Positions 56,277 through 64,000 of a stretch of 64,000 bases of DNA are shown here, one piece after another. The stretch's first letter is position 1; each line of letters starts with the position of its first letter. The translations under genes and the position numbers were made by a program. Source of the stretch: Octopus vulgaris (lineage: Eukaryota); NCBI GenBank assembly GCA_951406725.2, contig OX597824.1, forward strand, positions 17,112,001-17,176,000, in the 5' to 3' direction. A model generated the notes under the pieces. It searched no databases, was not told where the DNA came from, and saw only the letters and a list, made by a program, of their open reading frames with translations.

Positions 56277-56594
56277 TATATATTTACAAACGCATGCATT
56301 TATATATGAAAAAATATTCGGGAGATGTTTTAAATCCTTGTCACATAAAGCCGTAAATGACAATACTTAAAATCCATAAAAAGCGCATCTGTATATTTTA
56401 ACTACAAATGCCTCTCTGCCTGTCTTAATTTTTTTCCTTTTTTCAGTGATTGTCCGCAAGTTCCTTCTCCACTTCTAATTCTCGTTTATCAGCAACTTTA
56501 ACAATATTAGGTGGTTGTTCGGTATGTCGTAAAACAACCGTAATGATAAATTTATTGAACATGTGTAGAGGAGATGATGCTATTGTTCATCATT

Positions 56595-56932
56595 TGAAGG
56601 CACAGGTCTCGGTGGTTACGGTGCAGGGCTTACAATTGTTACGTTGTGAGTTCGATTCCCAGACCGGGATGTGTGTTGTGTTCTTGAGCAAGACACTTTA
56701 TTTCACGTTGCTCCAGTTCACCCAGCTGCAGAAATGACTTGCGACGTTACTGGTGCCAAACTGTATCGGCCCTTTGTGTTTCCCTTTGACAACATCAGTG
56801 ACGTAGAGAGGGGAAACTGGTATGCATAGGTGACTGTTAGTCTTCCATAAACAAACCTAACCGGAATTGTACCGCTGAGGGGAAACTTTCAAAGTGCAAT
56901 TCCATGGTTATTCATGACCGAAGGGGGTCTTT
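56595..56932 (+). mobile_element. SINE with D-type head/body and a distinct 3' tail
   Basis: gagttcgattcccagaccgg..gtgttcttgagcaagacactttatttcacgttgctccag, then gcgacgttactggtgccaaactgtatcggccc..catgaccgaagggggtc. Confidence 0.75.
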
Positions 56933-56987
56933 GCTGTTATTTATGTGTGTTTGCGTGCACATAAATGTATGTTTCTCTTAGTATTTG

Positions 56988-57150
56988 AAATGAGGAGTAG
57001 ATGGACAACCGACAACAGATGAAGGGTCGTTCTTTATGTTACTTGTCGTGCATTCCATTTGTTTCTGTCGTTGTTTATGTATTCAACTCTTTTGTTTTCG
57101 TAATTCATGTTGCTAACGGTTTGTGACGCCCTGTATCCATATACGCATAT
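56988..57150 (+). mobile_element. Family E interspersed repeat, second copy
   Basis: See 13530-13697. Confidence 0.65.
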
Positions 57151-57573
57151 ATATATATATATATACATGCACCGCAGCCCCTTTCCTAACAGACACTGCT
57201 CCTTGGTACTTGGCCTAAAATTTTTGATATACAGATTTGATAAACAAGACCATAAATTAAAACTGACCTCAAATTAACAGTGACAAACTAGATCTCGAAA
57301 ACATCTTACTTCCTGATACCTTAGTAGCTTCTAAGATGAAGTGAAGACAGCGTGTTCTTTGTCTATCTCCTTACCTACTTGGAGGTTTATGGTAAAATTA
57401 TACTAATGTGTCCATCTGTTTTAATTTAAGTTAATTCTATGTATTTATGCAGCTGAGGATTGCTCTGCATTTAAATTGATGTAATGATTGCACTGTTCAA
57501 TTAAATGAAGTCGCTTAAAACCATCGTACTGCATTAGCTCTGGATATCCAGTTGCTTATTTTGATTTCAAACG

Positions 57574-57628
<55 letters not shown>

Positions 57629-57642
57629 AATATACATATATA

Positions 57643-57679
<37 letters not shown>

Positions 57680-57916
57680 TCTTTAGACGACAGAATCGTC
57701 CACATATGTTTTATTTTTATATAATACCAAGTCCTCTGTTTGGATTCGACTATGTAAAAGATTAATTAGTAAATATGATAAAATTTGGTGACAAATCATT
57801 GCGAGATCATATCCGCATTTTTAATTTTCATTGGAGATGTTTGCTTAATCAGGTTGTATTCGTAGTAGAGCAACAGCAATTGTTTCGATTTCTAAACGCG
57901 ATCTATAAATTCTCCC

Positions 57917-58556
57917 TAGTTACTTATATAACGGTCACATTCCGTCGTTACTTACATAGCAGTAATATTCTGTCGTTACCTATATAGCGGTCATATTCCG
58001 TCGTTACTTATATAGCGGTCATATTCCGTCGTTACTTATATAGCAGTCATATTGGGTCGTTACTTATATATCAGTCACATTGGATCGTTACTTACATAGC
58101 GGTATATTCCGTCGTTAATTATATTGCGGTCATATACCGTCGTTACTTATATAGCAGTCACATTCCGTCGTTTCTTATATAGCGGTCATATTCCGTCGTT
58201 ACTTATATAGCAGTCACATTCCGTCGTTTCTTATATAGCGGTCATATTCCGTCGTTACTTATATAGCAGTCACATTAGATCGTTACTTATATAGCGGTCA
58301 TATACCGTCGTTAATTATATAGCGGTCATATACCGTCGTTGCTTATATAGCGGTCATATTCCGTCGTTACTTATATAGCAGTCACATTCCGTCGTTTCTT
58401 ATATAGCGGTCATATTCCGTCGTTACTTATATAGCAGTCACATTAGATCGTTACTTATATAGCGGTCATATACCGTCGTTAATTATATAGCGGTCATATA
58501 CCGTCGTTGCTTATATAGCGATCACATTCCGTCTTTTATTTATATAGCAGTCATAT
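57917..58556. repeat. 28-bp minisatellite, ~23 copies, with a 6-unit (168-bp) higher-order repeat
   Basis: Unit tagcggtcatattccgtcgttacttata; variant cattagatcg at 58273 and 58441. Confidence 0.95.
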
Positions 58557-59267
58557 TTTCGTGTACGTAGAGTGTGCTGTATGTAAACGTGTGAGTTACG
58601 TAAATTTGAGCTCTTTTTGTACAGTCGCCTGTGAGAACACACCATCACGACCAAGGTGGTAGGAAATAAACTTATTCTGTTCAACACATTTATAATTCAT
58701 TCTATATATAGTTTAAATATATTTCTTCAATTACCCTTTCTTCTTAGACCGTTGGACGACATACTTAGTGGTATTCTGGCATTTTTACGCTCTGAGTTCA
58801 AATTCTGTCCAGACTGATTACGCTTTTCATCCCTTCGTGGTCGGTAAATTAAAGCACATTGGGGTCGATGTAACTGAATTACGATTCGCCTAAATTTCAC
58901 GAACTAAAATTTGAAACCATTGACATTAAAGATAATCTAGGTTCTTTTTAACGAGGTATTTGAAACGAAAGATGTAAAGGAAACGACGTTGTTATAATAC
59001 ACTTTAAATGAAACAATACGCGGAACTACAATTAAGCAATTCTCTGTAAGTCTCCAAAAGAAAGCGAAATACTGTTTCACTGAAAATAAGCTTGTAAAAT
59101 AAATTGGGTGAAAAATGCAACATGGCGCATTACACGATTCAAAATTTCAAATCAGAGAGAGTGACTTGGTCGGTATTTTTGAACAGACATCGTATATGCA
59201 GAAGATACGTATTCGGTACGTACATGGTCCTTCAGCTAACTAGGTATGTAGAGATGTAAAATAAATA

Positions 59268-59519
59268 AATGCGCCATTTTAAAGCCTAGCTAGGCTCATG
59301 GGCCCGGTTTCCCGGTTTCAATGGCGTGTGTGTTCCCCCAGCTGAACGGGACGCCATTCCATCGCAGCGTTACTCACTTTTGCCAGCTGAATGGACTGGA
59401 GCAACGTGAATTGAAGTTTTTTTGCTCAAGAACACAACGCGTCACCCGGTCCAGGAATCTAAACCACAATCGTACGATCATGATGCTGACACCCTAACCA
59501 CTGAGCCACGCGCCTCCAC
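59268..59519 (-). mobile_element. Family D SINE, full length
   Basis: Reverse complement of the 60350-60579 type; contains cgctgcgatgga.tggcgtcccgt.cag. Confidence 0.88.
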
Positions 59520-59703
59520 ATGTAGAGATGTAGGTCTTAACAATGAGAACTCAGAGAAGCAAAGCCAACTGAAACAAGAGAGAAATGTCTTTGGTGAAAG
59601 ATAGAAATTAAATTTATCACATCGGTATAATCAATGCCATGAAATATTGATTGTTATACTACAATATTTGTAAAAATGTGACAATTATCGAGACACATAT
59701 GAA

Positions 59704-59749
<46 letters not shown>

Positions 59750-59867
59750 GATGTACGTATTTCTGTGTGTGTGTGTGTGTGTGCGTGTGTGTACGTGAAT
59801 CTGTGGCGCGCGCGTGTGTGTGTTGTGCACACGTATATGAATTATAGATACGTTGATATATCTAAAT

Positions 59868-59901
<34 letters not shown>

Positions 59902-59949
59902 ATATATATGAATATATATATATATATATATATATACATACATATATGC

Positions 59950-59992
<43 letters not shown>

Positions 59993-60006
59993 CATGTATG
60001 CCTGTG

Positions 60007-60120
<114 letters not shown>

Positions 60121-60349
60121 AATATATATAAAGAGAAGGAAAGAGAGGGAGAGATGTATATGTGTGAGTACACACACACACACATATTATCAGAAGTAGA
60201 GCTAATTCATGTTTTAACAAATATTACGGTGATATTTTGCTACACCAAATTCTGCAAATATATAACGACCTGAATACGCATTAATATATACATATACGCA
60301 TGTATACACACACAGACACATATATATTATTTGTATATATAAATATATG

Positions 60350-60579
60350 TGGAGGTGCGTGGCTTAGCGGTTAGGGTGTCAGTATCATGATCGTAAGATT
60401 GTGGTTTCGATTCCAGGACTGGGCGACGCGTTGTGTTCTTGAGCAAAGCACTTCATTTCACGTTGCTTCAGTCCATTCAGCTGGCAAAAATGAGTAACGC
60501 TGCGATGGACTGGCGTCCCGTCCAGTTGGGGAACACACGCCATAGAAGCCGGGAAACCGGCTAGGCTTTAAGGGGGCAC
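60350..60579 (+). mobile_element. Family D SINE
   Basis: tggaggtgcgtggcttagcggttagggtg..ggtttcgattcc..gctgcgatggactggcgtcccgtccag..gctaggctttaa. Confidence 0.88.
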
Positions 60580-60582
60580 AAT

Positions 60583-60885
60583 GTAGAGGCGCAGTGGTCC
60601 AGTGGTTAGGGCAGCGAACTCGCGGTCGGAGGAGCGCGGTTTCGATTACCAGACCGGGCGTTGTGTATGTTTATTGAGCGAAAACACCTAAAACCTCCAC
60701 GAGGCGACCATTGTTGTACTCTTTCACCACAACTCTCTCTCTCTCTCTCTCATTCTCTCATCCTGTTTCTTGAGTAATGCTGTGATGGACTGGGGTCCCG
60801 TCCAGCTGTGGGGCGGGGGAACACATACGCCACAGAAAACGGGAAATCGGGCCCGTGAGCCTGGCTAGGCTTGAAAAGGGCGACG
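60583..60885 (+). mobile_element. Chimeric SINE: family A head with family D tail
   Basis: A head/body up to tcctgtttct, then tgagtaatgctgtgatggactggggtcccgtccagctg..gagcctggctaggcttgaaaagggcg. Confidence 0.85.
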
Positions 60886-60989
60886 TTGTTTTTATGTATA
60901 CGTATGTGCAATATAAAGAAAAATAATACATATGTTTATCATTATATATAAATAAACATATATATATATATATATATAATATATTACTA

Positions 60990-61291
60990 CGGCACTCCGT
61001 TGGTTTCGACGACGCGGGTTGTAGTTTATGCGATCAACGGAACAGCCTGCTCGTGAAATTTCGTGTACCCTAAACGAACTTTTCAGGGAGATGCAGCTGG
61101 CCCTTTGAAATACAGGTACAACAGAAACAGAAATAAGAGAAAGTTGTGGTAACAGAGTACAGCGGGGTTCACTACCATCCCCTGCCAGACCTCGTGGGAA
61201 TTTAATAAACACAAAGCCCGGTCTGGGAATCGAAACCACGATCCTATGACCGCGAGTCCGCTGCCCAAAGCACTGGGCCATTGTGCCTCCA
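60990..61291 (-). mobile_element. Family A SINE with internal deletions
   Basis: gcactccgt..gatcaacggaacagcctgctcgtgaaatt..cactgggccattgtgcctcca. Confidence 0.87.
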
Positions 61292-61349
61292 CACATGTAT
61301 AGAGGTATATATGTATAAATGTGCAAATATATATATATCTTTCTCTTTC

Positions 61350-61732
61350 TCTTTTACTTGTTTCAGTTATTTGACTGCGGCCATGCTGGAGCACCGCATT
61401 TTTTAGTCGAGCAAATCGACCCCAGGACTTATTCTTTGTAACCCTAGTACTTATCCTATCGGTCTCTTTTGCCGAACAGCTAAGTAACGGGGACGATGTT
61501 GGGGAGACAAACACAGACACACAAACACACACACACACACATATATATATACATATATATATATATATACGACGGGCTTCTTTCAGTTTCTGTCCACCAA
61601 ATCCACTCACAAGGCTTTGGTCGGCCCGAGGCTATAGTAGAAGACACTTACCCAAGTTGCCACGCAGTGGGACTGAATCCGGAACTGTGTGGTTGGTAAG
61701 CAAGCTACTTACCACACAGCAACTCCTGCGCC
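61350..61732 (-). mobile_element. Family B SINE
   Basis: Tail-to-head match; an uninterrupted head gtaagcaagctacttaccacacagc shows the empty target site of the 33278-35531 element. Confidence 0.9.
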
Positions 61733-61976
61733 TATATATATAAACAATAATAAATATATATATATATATATGTATAAATATATTTATTTATTCATATTTA
61801 TATATACAGATCGATACTTATATGATCTGTGAATAAACTCATAATTCTTCTTACTGTATATTACACGTCTACGCGTAAGACACACACACAATACACGCAC
61901 ACACATCAAACATACATACATACATACACGAATATATATATATAAAGAGAGAGGGAGAGAGAGAAATATATATATG

Positions 61977-62033
<57 letters not shown>

Positions 62034-62417
62034 CTCTATATATTTATACGCACATATATTTCATATATATAATATATATACATATGTACATGTGTGGGTG
62101 TATGTATATATATGAATTAAATTACTCATGCACAAATACGTAGAAATATATACACTTATATATAAATATGCGGCGTGTAGGAGTGTCTCCAGTTGTGCTC
62201 TATGCATAAAGAGCGTTGGTACATTAATAACTGCAAGCGATGATATTTCGCGGAGTTACAGTCCACTGCAATTCGCATACAGTGAGGTGAGATAATGAAA
62301 ACATGGCCACAATTAATCACTCTATTCATACTAATTAGTTGATTGAATAACCACATAAATAACAATACTGACGGATAGAAAACGTACGAAAAACAAATAC
62401 ACATACATCCACATATA

Positions 62418-62456
<39 letters not shown>

Positions 62457-62506
62457 TTATATATATGTAAGTAAGTACGCGCGTATACGATTACGTCTAT
62501 ATGTTT

Positions 62507-62561
<55 letters not shown>

Positions 62562-62736
62562 TGTGTGTGTGTGTGTGTGTGTGTGTTGTTCATTCCTATT
62601 ATCAAACATATTTCAAACGGTAAATCAATTCTCAGACATATTTTACAAAAACGGCCATTCTTTGAAGCAGGTCTTTCATAGCTTCTGCGAAGAAGAATAG
62701 ATACGTTTTCACACTTATATACACAGAGAAATGCAC

Positions 62737-62787
<51 letters not shown>

Positions 62788-62954
62788 GATATATATATAT
62801 ATGTATGTATATGTATGTATACACACACATACACGGTCTTAGAAATGTAATGCGTATTGTATTACTGAGTGTGTATGTGGGAGGGTGTGTGCTCATGGAG
62901 TAAATAATCGCGCTTCATGTTTTGGGTTTCTGCTCTCACTATACTTTTACATAT

Positions 62955-63016
<62 letters not shown>

Positions 63017-63070
63017 ATATATATGTACGCATGTATGTATATATACATATATATATATACACGTATATAT

Positions 63071-63112
<42 letters not shown>

Positions 63113-63172
63113 GTATATATATATATGTAAATACACACATATGTATATATTTATATACATATATATATATAA

Positions 63173-63214
<42 letters not shown>

Positions 63215-63255
63215 GACTGTGAATATATGTATATAGATATATATATATATATATG

Positions 63256-63327
<72 letters not shown>

Positions 63328-63809
63328 TACACACACGCACATACACGCATATACACACACATATATACATATGTAGGAATGTACGTAGATAGGCAGGTAT
63401 ATTCGAAGAGAGTGTGAGCGAAAGCGGAAGAGGGGAGAGTCAATTCGACAGAAAGGATAGGAGAGCGAAAGAGAAATAGAGAAAGAGACAGAGACAGAGA
63501 CAGACAGACAGAGACAGGGAGAGAACGAAAGAGAAAGGGAGAGAGAGAGAGAGAGAGGTGTGGGGTAGAGTGAATGAAGTGCCGTCAGTCATTTTTGCTT
63601 GTTTTATTGTCCATGCATATGCTGACAGCTATTGTTCTTCAGCTTTGTAACTCGTATTATATATTGTGCCAATTTGTTGTATATATATTTATATACACGC
63701 AAGCAAGCACCACACAAACAAACATACACACCTATATATATATATAAACATATATGCATACAATCATGCACACACACGAAAAAATATGTGCGTGTGCGTG
63801 TACATAAAC

Positions 63810-63864
<55 letters not shown>

Positions 63865-64000
63865 TGTATTTGTGCTTATATGGATGGATACATTGTACAT
63901 TTATCAATGTATTTATCGGTTTCTTTGAAAAGAATACAGGAAATATTTCCTTTTGGCATATTTCCAACCAACCGCCGTTATTCTTCACTCACTCCATATT

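Noticed and set aside
57917-58556. CRISPR-like array (28-bp repeats)
   Set aside because: Units are head-to-tail with no unique spacers, there are no cas genes, and the context is eukaryotic.

Overview
Eukaryotic, very AT-rich, repeat-dominated DNA. The microsatellite density and SINE families suggest an octopus (coleoid cephalopod) intron or intergenic region; this is inferred, not database-checked. Almost all ORF-track entries are microsatellite translation artefacts, and no host gene can be assembled (one weak 57-bp exon candidate). Only two long protein-coding frames are credible. (1) A 5'-truncated, stop-free R4/Dong-clade non-LTR retrotransposon (RT C-terminus, CCHC finger, restriction-like endonuclease; ~15858-17476) inside a (TAA)n tract, apparently with a ~110-120 bp duplication of the microsatellite target. 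(2) A 2254-bp element (33278-35531, minus) encoding only an L1/Tx1-type ORF1 zinc-knuckle protein with no ORF2, bounded by a perfect 15-bp TSD and inserted between the A and B boxes of a tRNA-derived SINE head. This HAL1-like, possibly SINE/tRNA-targeting element is the most interesting object here. The window also holds more than 30 SINE copies of about four head types with visible head/tail swapping, a non-coding ~560-bp (TAA)n-associated retroelement family, Penelope-like remnants with hammerhead-ribozyme cores and foldback palindromes, an internally deleted mariner, a decayed RTE LINE, a Helentron-type non-autonomous element and a 28-bp minisatellite with a 168-bp higher-order repeat. Family labels A-E and T are my own working names; repeat boundaries are read by eye and approximate unless a TSD is given.
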